Shown here: positions 9,740 to 18,857 of the stretch, one piece after another
Numbering within the stretch: the first letter of the stretch is position 1
Layout of the letters: every line of letters begins with the position of its first letter
DNA from: Anthoceros angustus
Taxonomy: Eukaryota > Plantae > Anthocerotophyta
Length of the DNA: 18,857 nt
Reading direction: 5' to 3'
Assembly: GCA_010909165.1 (NCBI GenBank)
Contig: VJWM01000400.1
Coordinates: 1 to 18,857, forward strand
Position numbers and translations under genes: made by a program
Notes under the pieces: generated by a model
Database searches by the model: none
Seen by the model: only the letters and a program-made list of their open reading frames with translations
Told to the model about the DNA's origin: nothing

Positions 9740-10020
9740 GAAATTGCGGGTGTTTGGTGCCCGTGCCATTAGATTCGGATCGAGTCAACTTGATGGAGGA
9801 GACGGCTCATCAACTCGGGTTCACCGAGTTTCACCCGCCCGAGTATTTTACGGATGGCCGACCAGACAAGGAGAAAGCCACTAGGGGTCAAGGACGTGCC
9901 CACTGAATTGGGGACTCACCTTCCATCTTACCTACATTGTGATGCGGCCGGTTTGATCTAGGCTATAAGGTTTTGATAGGTAGGCCTTGGTTGTATGGTC
10001 GTGTGTTTTTGATTTTGGTC
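9740..10020 (+). pseudogene. pol: Aspartic protease, frameshifted
   Basis: AI-DS(G)S-VNL active-site-like motif at ~9763-9790 and GYKVLIGRPWLYG at ~9961-10000. Confidence 0.8.
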
Positions 10021-10379
10021 GAGTGGCATCACCTTCAAGTCCAGAGACACGGACTGGCGATTGCTTTGTGTCATGGAGTAAGGCTCCTTATGAGGGGAGT
10101 CTGCAACCCGGACGTACACCTCGTAGCACGGGGTAAGCTCCTCGGCGTGGCATATCGGGGTCCCTCGAGGTCGCCAAATAAAGAGTGATTTGGTGTATAC
10201 TGTTTACATATAGAGGAAGTCATAGAAGAATCAAGATGAGGCCCATAGAAGGAGTAGCCTTTGGAAGGGCAAAGCTTATGAGCGAGACTTTCCGGAGGGA
10301 TCCGAACAGATAGGCAGGAAGGAACTTATGTAGATCCGCGGTGGAGGACTTAGAGTTAGAACCGCAAGGTAGTCAAGGT

Positions 10380-11240
10380 TTCTAGGTATCTAGGGCGGTG
10401 GAAAAGAAGAGTTTCGTAGTGCTTAGGAGTATGTCGATGTGTTTGCCTTCAAGATTACGACATGACAGAATTGAGGAACTGGGATACATCGAATTGATTT
10501 GAAGGAGGGCAGACCAAGGATCAAGCAATCTGAATCCCAAGTATTCCATGGTTGTAAGGATCAATCGACCAATACTTGGAGCAGGTGATTTATCCGGTGC
10601 TTACCGGTGAGTGGGTTGCTCCATCGTGTACCAAAAAGCAGGAAAGGTTCGTGTGTCGATTTGAACAATGAAGCAAGAAGGACCACCCTTGCCTTTCATG
10701 GACAGCGTGTGACACGATGGTGGCCATGAAATGTACGATCGGATGGGTACTGTTACAATCGATTTCGTTGAGGAAGGAGGATCAGATAAGACAACGCTCA
10801 CAACGGATTGGGGAACTTACGCTTATTCCAAGCTGCCCTTCGGGTTGTGTAACGCCCGCCACTTTCAACGAGTGGTGATGAACGATATTCCGAGATTTTT
10901 ACGGAAGTTCATGGAAGTATTCCTAGATGATTTCGTGTGTTGGGAGGCGAACCGTAGATCATTTAAGGCAATGTTTCAGAGATGCAGAATCGAACATGAA
11001 ACTCATCCGAAGTGTTATTTTGGTATGTGGAGGGTATCCTGTTGGCACATCGAGTTTCGTGAGCGAGGATTGCGTAGATAAGGAGAAGGTAGCGATATGA
11101 GATGGACGCGCACAAACGGTGAGGCGGTCGTGCTTTTGTAGGGCTGTAGGATATTACAGAGGTTCATCAAGGATTTCGCCAAGAAGGCCTTGTTGACACA
11201 ATTGACCAAGAAGGATACACCTTCGAATGGACAACGCAGG
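10380..11240 (+). pseudogene. pol: Gypsy reverse transcriptase, frameshifted
   Basis: GKVRV, LPFMD, TTDWGTYAYSKLPFGLCNA, MEVFLDDF (10920-10934), YYRRFIKDFAK. Confidence 0.95.
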
Positions 11241-11249
11241 CGAGGCTTT

Positions 11250-11660
11250 TCAGCTTGAAGGACATTGGTGAGCGCGCCCAACTGCAACCACCGGATTGGG
11301 GAAAAACCGTTTCATGTATACGTGATGTGTCCGCTTGCCATTGGGACCGTCTTGCCGAAGGACGAGAAGAAGCGGGATCATCCGATTTTCTATGCGGTAG
11401 ACAGCTCACGGATCGAAAAGAACTACTCAACCACGGAGCGGGAGGGTCTTGGTATCATTTACTCGTAAGAAGTTTAGACACTATCGCTTGCTTGCAAGGT
11501 GGCTTCATGTTGACCATTTTGCGTTGAAGTATCTTGTCAACAAGCCGATTTGTCGTGAAGGATTGCCGGTGGGTACTATGCAAGAGTTTGACTACGACGT
11601 CGAAACCGGCCAGAAAGCAACATCGACGCTGATTTCATTTCTCGTCTGGCGGAGCGACTT
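11250..11660 (+). pseudogene. pol: Gypsy RNase H, frameshifted
   Basis: PPDWGKPFHVYV, AIGTVL, HPIFYA, EKNYSTTEREGLGIIYS, KKFRHY, HVDHFALKYLVNKP, MQEFDY. Confidence 0.93.
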
Positions 11661-12199
11661 GAGGCAACGACCGATTTCACGAGGAGTTGGTCGCCAGACT
11701 GGTCAAGGAGAAGGACACGAGCATAATGAAGACGGCCTAAGAAGTGATCAGCAAGTCTTGTTGCTAGAAGAGAGGCCAAGTGAGCAAGAAGGAACGCGTT
11801 GTGAAAAGCGCAGGACAACTGGAAATCCGAGAGAGGATAGAGGCGCCATGGCCGAGGAGGAGGCTGAAATGCTCCTCAAGGGTGAGCGGTCAGCTGCAAG
11901 TGGAGGCCACGAGTTGGCAGGAAGGAGATGCATCCCATGACAAGCTTGAAGAAAAGCAGAAGGAAATGGCGGGATCATGGGAAATCGCCCATGAGGCGAT
12001 CATGAGCACTGGGCCAAGAGTGAGGCCGGGGCCGTAAGAAGCGAAATCGGCCCATTGCGGAAAAGTATGCGAGATGGTGCACCCAGTATGTGAACCTAGG
12101 AGAAGCAAGAGGCGATGGATTACGGATAGATCCACGCCACTTGGGGCTGCACGACGATAGCGGGAGGCGGCACGCCTGGGAGGAGGAGATTGGAACGCG

Positions 12200-13370
12200 A
12201 GGGGCGTTCGTGTCCGAGATATCTGAATGAGGTAATGCAAATTTCGGAGCATGGAACCATGCCCGATGGTTGTCGAGGGAGGCGGCTCTTTCTCCATAAA
12301 GCCTCGCCCTATGAGGGCGGTGTCCTGTAAACAAGGTCCGGACGATAAAATTCGAGATGCCTCGACGGAGAAGCTTCACTCGTCAGGCATGCGTAAGAGG
12401 CGGTGGACACTATTCGTGCAGTGACCGTTAAGAAGATTTTGAATGCGGGATTCGTGGGCTACGATGCAAAAGGATGTGTGGGAGTTCACCGAGGTGTGAT
12501 GCGTGTCGAGGGTTGGGCGGCCACGTTGTCGACACAATGGCCTCTTACCTACATCTTACCAGCACCTTCGAGAAGTGGGGATCGATTTCGAGGACCGATC
12601 AAACCACCAACGCAATGGACTAAGCGACATTTTGGTATACGGACTATTGTACAAAGATGGTGGAAGCGAGCAAGGAAGGATGACGCGCTGCGGTGGCCAA
12701 ATTTTTATTCGAGAACATCATAACGAGGTAGGATGTCCTTTAGAGTTGGTCGACGGGGACACATTTCCTCAACTCGGTCGAGTCCCTAACCACCTACTTC
12801 AACATCCGGCATCGAACGACTCCTTACAACCCAAAGGCAAATGGATTGTGGAGAAGACGAATGGGTTGCTCGCACAATCCTCACCAAGGTAACGTGACGC
12901 ACATGTATGATTGGGATGCTAAGTTGCACTCGCATTGTGGGCCTACAGACGCGGAAAAGATAACCACAAAGAAGACACCATATTATCTAACATATGGTAT
13001 GTCTCACCTGATGCCGTGGAATTTGAAGTACCTACCTCTGAGATCATGGAGGATGAACGGATGGTAGAGGATAGTCGTAGCTAGGTTAGAAGCTTTCATA
13101 GCACAGGAGGAGCATAGGGAGGATGCTTTAGAAGAAACACATGGATTCGGAACTCGAAAAGATCGGCATGATGGGAAGTTAAGGAAGCGAGACTATCGTG
13201 GACGGGATTTGGTTCTTCTATATGATAGTCGGCCTAGACTTTCCAGGAAGCTCAGCTAAGATGGATGGGACCTTACGAGGTGGTCGCAGTATAGAATGGA
13301 TGCAACTCGGGTCGGGCGGCGAATTCGCCGACCAGTCAATGGGTGGAAGGTCAAGAAGTACCTCCAGTAA
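12200..13370 (+). pseudogene. pol: Gypsy integrase (HHCC zinc finger, DDE core, GPY/F), frameshifted
   Basis: H..GGHY, KKILNAGF, CDAC (~12495), WGIDF.GPI, KGNG.VEKTNG, WD.KLH, TPYYLTYG, WMGPYEV (~13262-13282), VKKYLQ* (TAA 13368-13370). Confidence 0.93.
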
Positions 13371-13389
13371 TTGTTGCGAGGGCGCAAAC

Positions 13390-13404
13390 AGATGAGGTGG
13401 GGAG
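13390..13404 (+). other. Gypsy polypurine tract
   Basis: AGATGAGGTGGGGAG, 19 nt after the integrase stop and 2 nt before the 3' LTR TG. Confidence 0.85.
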
Positions 13405-13856
13405 TATGTGGAACGCATAAAGTTTGGGCAACCAGCCCAAAAGAGCCAAGACAAACAAGTTTGATTTTTTTGGCTAGAACGATTGAAGAGGAGCATGCCA
13501 AGAAATTTAGAATCTTGAAGTGGAGTTGTAGGATATTGTTAGGAAGGCGAAAAGGATATCCCAGAAGAAGAAAAACGACCCCAGACGGTGGGGTGGCCGT
13601 CAAAGGTTGGTAGGGCATCTACCACCGTAGGCGCCACACACGCCGTGTGAAGGGAAGCATCTAAGCGGTGGTGGCATCTACCGCGGTAGGGCGAATCTCG
13701 GCTAAAAGGAAATTTAGAATAGAGGGGATATCCACTATATATGCTCAATAGGGAATAAATATATAGTAATTAGATTAATTAGGATAGCGCGAAATAGGAA
13801 AATAGGTAGTTTAGAATTAGGATTTTGGAATGATGAATCCAATCTAGGGTTGTCTA

Positions 13857-16800
13857 GTGGCGGACATCCAAAGGCAAAGTGCTTGGCGCCAACTTCTCTT
13901 GAGCAGGCCTCACTTCAAAGCTGGGGCCGGAGGAGAGCGAAGGGAGAAGGAAGGGCCATCGCCGCGCCGCCATCACGCCGAAGGAGGAGGAAGGAGCGCG
14001 CGAAGAGAGGAGAACCCCGAGCGGAGAGGAAGGAAGAGAAGCCGAGCCGCGCCAAGGAGGAGAGCTCCTCGGAGAGCATTGGAAGGAGCGGAGGGGCGAG
14101 AGGGGAAGCGGAAGGCGAGTGCGTGAAGGAGGAGGTGACCAATCGAGAACGAGAGAATCGCAAGGAAAATTGGCAGCAGCGTGCTCACAACGTGTTGTGC
14201 CTCAGGGGGTACCGGAGAAGGAGCGTTTGAAACAAGCACAGATTGAATTGAATTCCTTCCTTTGAGCTTGGAGAGAAAGGCATGCCTCGAGCTGGAAAGG
14301 CAAGGGAAGGAGCCGCCAAGGCTCTCCTCGCGAGGAGGAAAGGAAAGAAGGCGGTGGGCTGCCAGGGAGGTGAACATGCCCCAATTCACTTGCTTTTGGG
14401 CAGCTCCTCGAGATTTGGTTGATTTTGCGGAGGAGGAGAACATCCAATTGGGATGGGTGTATGGCCGCCAATGGGCCTACACCAATTTGGAATTGATTGA
14501 GGAGTGTTACATCAACCTCCATCAATCGGGCCCTGCCGCTGAGAGGAATGCTAGAACGGATCCCATTGGGAAGAAGCATTCGACAGTGTATGGAAGACCG
14601 GAGGAAGCTCGAATTGCTCTCTCGAAAGGTCGAATGGAGGAAGAGGACATCCTCTCGACATCCCGCAGGAGTTCCTTGACATGATGGGGAGGAGTGAAAG
14701 CCCACGCCAAGAATGGCTGGAAGACCGAGAGCGTCAAGGAGTGAAGTGGAGGCTCTTCGCAAAGATTGTGCTGGGGCTGGTAAATTACCAACGCACTTCT
14801 TATTTCAGCACCAACTTCCTCCAATTTTTGTGGAAGATTTCCATGGGAGCCAAGCCGGATTGGGGACTATTGTATGAGGCCTACATCCACCCGAGAAGCT
14901 CCTCAAGCCAAATTCGGTGGATGAGGAAGGGCCAAGGCCTATCTTAGCACCTATTTGGTGCATTTATGGGAAACCGAGGGACTCTCACAAGCAAGGAGCT
15001 TGAAGATGCATGGCATCCCTTTGAGGTCATCCACCTCCACCGAGGTTGGAAAGGCCTTTGCCTTTGCATTGCAAGACGGTGGGAGGTCGACCTCCACAAG
15101 CATGCTAGAAGCAAGAGGAGAAGATGCGGAGGCAACAAGGTTGCAGTGGGAATCTCTTCCCCAGGGGCAAGCAAGGGAGAGGAGGGAGCGGCCGGAGTGA
15201 AGGCCGAATGAGAGAAGGACCACGGGGAGGGGTGACCCAGTGGGGAGTCCCCACCATCTCCTTTGTGCCTACGAGAGGAGCACCTACCGTGATCTACCCA
15301 AGGGGTGGGCGGCCTACCGTGGTAGGCGGTCTACCATGGTAGGCGGACTACCAGTGGGGGCACCTACGGTGGCGGGCACCCCGCCCGCAAGCGGTGGCGG
15401 GAAGGGAAGGAGAAGCAGCGGTGCGCGGCGGCACCACCCTCTCCGCGGGTGGGAGGCGGATGGAGCAGTGAAGGGACCCGGCCGCGATGGCCGAGAGGCT
15501 GGAAATTTCCAGCAAGAAGAAGAGGGGTGGAATTAGGACCCCTAGAATTCGGGAGCTTGTGAAGCACTCACCGCGTGGATTTGAAGGGGCTAGGGACCTA
15601 GCAGCCTCCTTGTGGGCATGCCAAGAGGAAGTGAAATCTCAAGACATGGCCGGAGCGAGGACTAAGTGGCAATTGGAAGCCATGGAGTCCGATGAAAAGG
15701 CAGCCAAATTGGAAAAGGTCAGGAGAAGCTCCAAGCGACCTCATGGAAGGAGAGAAGGCCCTGGAGGGAAGTTGTCACGTCAAGAAAGAGCCATTCGGCA
15801 ACAACCCAAAACTTGGAGGCAAAAGGCGGAAGAGCATTTTGCCCAAGAGCAAGAGAGGAAAAGCAAGGCGAGGCACTAGGAGGGGAAGCAAGCAACTCGC
15901 AAGTGGCCGCATGAGCGGTGATGGCTACTCAAGCTATCAAAATCCGGATATGGAGAGGAGTTGAGAAGGACCCATACAATTTGGAAGAGGAGCCAGCGGA
16001 AGCACAAGACCGGTGAGAGCGAAGGAAGCTTGGCGGAGAAGGAAGCTTGCAGCAGGACTGGAACAAAGGAGGTCTCAGAGGAGGCGCCACAAGAAGGTGG
16101 TGCATAGAATCGGTAGTGAGGAAGCGATTTTGGGCGACTATGCCCTTGAGGCAAAATTGGCCAGCCCTAAAGGAAGTGAGGAGGAGAATGTAACCTCCAT
16201 GTGAAGGTGGGAGAATTAACCACCTCAGAGATGCCTACAAGGTAGGTGCGAGGAGAGTGGCCCACGAGATTGATGATCTCCAAATGCAATATCACAACTT
16301 GGGGCTCACCTCCACAGATCTTGAAGGCCAACAACGAAGTCTTACGGTTGGCCAAAGGAGGACATTGGGTCCTCATGATGATGTAAGGAGCGCAACAAGT
16401 GCAGCCGAGGCCTCCGATTTTGATGAGGCCATCGTGAAATGGACTCAGGAATCCGAGTCGGGAGGTGAAGGAGCCGCGCCAAGGATGGGAGGCGCGGAGG
16501 AGGAGGGACAGCCCGCCCTCGGGGTCACCTACACGGTGGGTGACCACCTACCAGTAGTCTGCCGGACTACCGTGGGGCCGGTGGTCGCGGACTAGGGTGG
16601 TGCAGTGCCCGCGGCGGTTGGGGAGTTGGGGGCCAGCAAGATGGAAGGGCGGGTGGTATACCCAGGAGCAGGGGTGGTGGGAGACAACCCCACCGGAGGA
16701 AACTAAGGGCGGTCCGACCCGTCGGAGGGGGGAAGGGTGAGGAATCCCTTATCACAGTAAGGAGGAGGGCAGGAGGAGTCCAACGCAAAAGGGCCCGGAG

Positions 16801-17176
16801 ATTAGGCAAAAATCATGGTGGGCGGATGGGGATGAAGGTGCTCTATGATAGGTATGGACAAATCACAAAGGCAAGAGCAATGAAGATCGACCAAGAAACC
16901 CTCACACGGAGAAGGGGAAAGAAGGAAGTAAAGAGCGACTACCATGGTAGGTTCACCTACCCCGTAGTCCGGACTACAGTAGTCGATGCGCGCCGACGGA
17001 GGCGAGAAAAGGCGCCTAGGTGCGCGAAGATGGAGGCAGGAATCACGCCGCCCAGAGATGGAGGAAGGGCAGATTGTACTTGCCCCACATTAGGAAGCGG
17101 ACAAAGGCGGGAAGGGCAAGAGCAAAAGGAGGCGAGGGAGCCAATCCACCAGACACGTCTACCCGGTGAAGACTAG
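13857..17176 (+). pseudogene. LTR-embedded accessory gene, 3' LTR copy (frameshifted)
   Basis: Fragments 14262-14684 (NIQLGWVYGRQWAYTNLELIEECYINL), 14681-14947, 14966-15211, 15487-15879, 16257-16595 (AHEIDDLQMQYHNLGL) and 16826-17176 (MKVLYDRYGQITKARAMKIDQE) are colinear with the 5' copy. Confidence 0.72.
15280..15375. repeat. Cluster of ~17-bp tandem units GGCGGNCTACCRYGGTA (3' LTR)
   Basis: CTACC at 15314, 15331 and 15348 (period 17); CTACCATGGTAG 15331-15342. Confidence 0.85.
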
Positions 17177-17382
17177 ATATGGTCAAGGGACCATAAATGC
17201 TAGGTAGAAGAATAGGAGTGTATCGACATCCTTCGAGGATAGACTTAGGTGAAGTTGCTAGAATAGGATTTACCAAGAAAGGACAATAGACTTAGGTGCG
17301 GACATTAAATCTGGCGGTAGGAAATAATAGAAAATTGGAAAAGGTGACTGCGGTAGGGTCACCCAAGGTTGTATGTGGAAGG

Positions 17383-17399
17383 CCTCCTATAAGAGGAGG
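17383..17399 (+). promoter_or_regulatory. 3' LTR copy of the putative TATA box
   Basis: CCTCCTATAAGAGGAGG; ATAGACTTAGGTG repeats at 17239 and 17286. Confidence 0.5.
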
Positions 17400-17896
17400 A
17401 GGATTTCACAAAGTAAAGTATCATGTCTTGCGCACGCTCACCGAGTCCTTTGAGGAATTTCGTGCGGTGAGCCAACATGTCTGCAGTAGAGAGGAAGTCG
17501 CGGTGGTCGGAGTGCTTGGTGGAGGACTTGCTCGTGCAAGTGCCTAAACGAGTTGCTCCCTTGTGAATGGTTCTGTGAAATTGCTTTGCTTTGGGTGTGT
17601 GGCAAATGCCCGAGAACTCTCGGCTTGAGGGTAGACTACAGGAAAGACTCCTGGAGGTTCTCATTGGTGTCAAACTCCACAAGCCCAAGGAAGAACTTCT
17701 GGTGGAGGCGGACCCAGGCGGTTGTGCCGTAAGGGCGAGTCGTCGATGAAGCCCAGGCGAGGTTAGACTAGGAGGAAGAGGATGAGGAGATGAGAAGATG
17801 AGTAGAGGATTAGAGGTGTAGGTGTTAGTGGAAGGCCACAGGCGAGCCTAAGGGCCGAATCCCAAATGCAAGTAAAGCGCTCACAGTGGAGAAGTA

Positions 17897-18210
17897 GTCT
17901 TAAGTAGGGACGAAATCGCGGTGTGAACGGGGGTCCACACGTGGTAGGCTCTTCTTCTTGAGGCGGGACCTGCAATTGTGTTGTGTCGTTGTAGGTCGAA
18001 GTTTGGTCTTAAGTAGGGACGAAATCGCGGTGTGAACGGGGGTCCACAGGCCCGTGGTAGGCTCCCTGGCGGGACCTTGTTGTGTCGTTGTAGGTCGAGA
18101 GTTGGTCTTAAGTAGGGACGAAATCGCGGGCGTGAACGGGGGTCACAGGCGCCGTGGTAGGCTCCTTGCTGCGAGGCGGGACCATAATTGTTACGTATCG
18201 TTGTGGGCCG
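17897..18210 (+). repeat. Three tandem ~100-110 bp repeats near the 3' LTR end
   Basis: Units begin GTCTTAAGTAGGGACGAAATCGCGG at 17897, 18006 and 18105. Confidence 0.9.
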
Positions 18211-18432
18211 AGGTTGGCGATTTTGAGCGATTGCAAGCGGTCGGTATGAGAGGGAGAGTAGAGGACCTTGCTTGTTGAGAAGGCGAGTTGTGCGGTGGCG
18301 ATTGGTGACCACAAGGCCTCGAACTTTCACACACAAGTCTCATGGGACGAAACCCAGCGTCTGAGCGGCGATTGGGATAAGTGTGGCGCTATAGTGGGAG
18401 GACCTCGAGTGCCCCGGATTCTCCCTACCACA

Positions 18433-18437
18433 CCGTG
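18433..18437. repeat. Right target-site duplication CCGTG
   Basis: Directly follows the LTR end ...CCCTACCACA and matches 2120-2124. Confidence 0.92.
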
Positions 18438-18750
18438 CACACGCCCATTTGTTGTAAGTCAGGTTCAACTCTGCGCCAGGTGCTACGAATGGATTGAGCT
18501 CGAACAACGGGTGAGAATGTTTCTTGGTAATCTAGGCCCTCAACAGGTAAATCCTCTTGCCACCGTCAGCTTTGTATCAGCAATCTCCCTTTGGAGTTGA
18601 GTTTAAGTTTAAAAACCCACTTGCTGTGAGGTCTGCGTCCGGTGGGAGGTCGTGATTTGCGGTCTTGTTCTTGGCGGTATTCATCCTCCTTCTTTGCCAC
18701 TTGGAGCAATCCCGGGCCAAGGAGGGCTTCCTTGTATGATAGGGGTTCCT
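18433..18750 (-). pseudogene. pol: Copia pol: RT N-terminal part, frameshifted
   Basis: EPLSYKEAL (~18748), KWVFKLKLNSKG (~18585-18625), VARGFT, and QMGVCT at the junction. Confidence 0.9.
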
Positions 18751-18857
18751 CGGCGGGGAGGATATTACATGTAGCACCAAAAGCTGCCGAAGATGTTGAA
18801 AATCGGCAGTTGATAACGGGGTTCTAACCAGCAGTGCGGAGGTAGCCTATGGCGTGT

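Larger units (their letters stand above)
2125..18432 (+). mobile_element. Full-length Ty3/gypsy LTR retrotransposon, non-chromovirus, Athila-like (16.3 kb)
   Basis: Two ~5 kb direct repeats, 5-bp TSD, PBS, PPT and domain order gag-PR-RT-RH-INT. No chromodomain after GPY. PBS begins TGGCGCCGTTG. The lineage call is by eye, not by phylogeny. Confidence 0.95.
13407..18432 (+). repeat. Gypsy 3' LTR (5026 bp)
   Basis: Starts TGTGGAACGCATAAAG two bases after the PPT and ends CCACA (5-bp terminal inverted repeat TGTGG/CCACA), then the TSD. Confidence 0.94.
18433..18857 (-). mobile_element. Same Ty1/copia element, part upstream of the gypsy insertion (INT-RT spacer and RT N-terminus)
   Basis: Minus strand reads, across frameshifts, EEPLSYKEAL..KW..KNKT..DLPP..KWVFKLKLNSKG..VARGFT..QQMGVCT. 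It joins to position 2124 to give the QMDVxTAFLYGDLDEDIYM-like motif. Confidence 0.92.

Noticed and set aside
11660-12200. Tat/Ogre-type additional RNase H
   Set aside because: No aRH catalytic motifs were found in the plus-strand translations I could read.
13280-13406. Chromodomain at the integrase C-terminus
   Set aside because: The integrase stops ~30 codons after GPY and the PPT follows within 20 nt.
16615-16745. G-quadruplex in the G-rich LTR segment
   Set aside because: G-runs are present, but at least one loop is ~14-17 nt and the runs are not well conserved in the 5' LTR copy.
2570-17975. The many minus-strand ORFs in the gypsy element (Ser/Pro/Leu/Phe-rich)
   Set aside because: They are shadows of a very purine-rich plus strand. 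They are short, differ between the two LTR copies and contain no recognisable motifs.
17897-18210. CRISPR-like array
   Set aside because: The units are ~100 bp repeats similar along their whole length, with no unique spacers. They lie inside a eukaryotic LTR and no cas genes are present.
2125-18432. Dating the insertion from LTR-LTR divergence
   Set aside because: The differences are patchy and indel-dominated and may be sequencing error; no alignment could be computed.

Overview
Eukaryotic transposon DNA, most likely from a plant (host not determinable; a non-seed plant is my inference), consisting of two nested LTR retrotransposons. (1) A Ty1/copia element on the minus strand occupies 1-2124 and 18433-18857: RT and RNase H, an extra ~730 bp 3' region, a PPT and a ~270 bp 3' LTR. 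(2) A structurally complete 16.3 kb Ty3/gypsy element (2125-18432, plus strand; non-chromovirus, Athila-like) is inserted into the copia RT at its QMDVxTAFL motif. It is flanked by a CCGTG target-site duplication and has a PBS (7087), gag-PR-RT-RH-INT (~7696-13370) and a PPT (13390). Its LTRs are ~5 kb (2125-7082 and 13407-18432). Each LTR carries the remains of a ~3.4 kb sense-strand protein-coding gene of unknown function, clusters of CTACCRYGGTAG palindromes and a ~100 bp tandem repeat with unequal copy number. The copia 3' region holds a candidate antisense gene with a 54-nt spliceosomal-type intron. All reading frames are broken by dense small indels (sequencing noise or decay cannot be separated), so protein reconstructions are by eye across frameshifts and domain boundaries are approximate.
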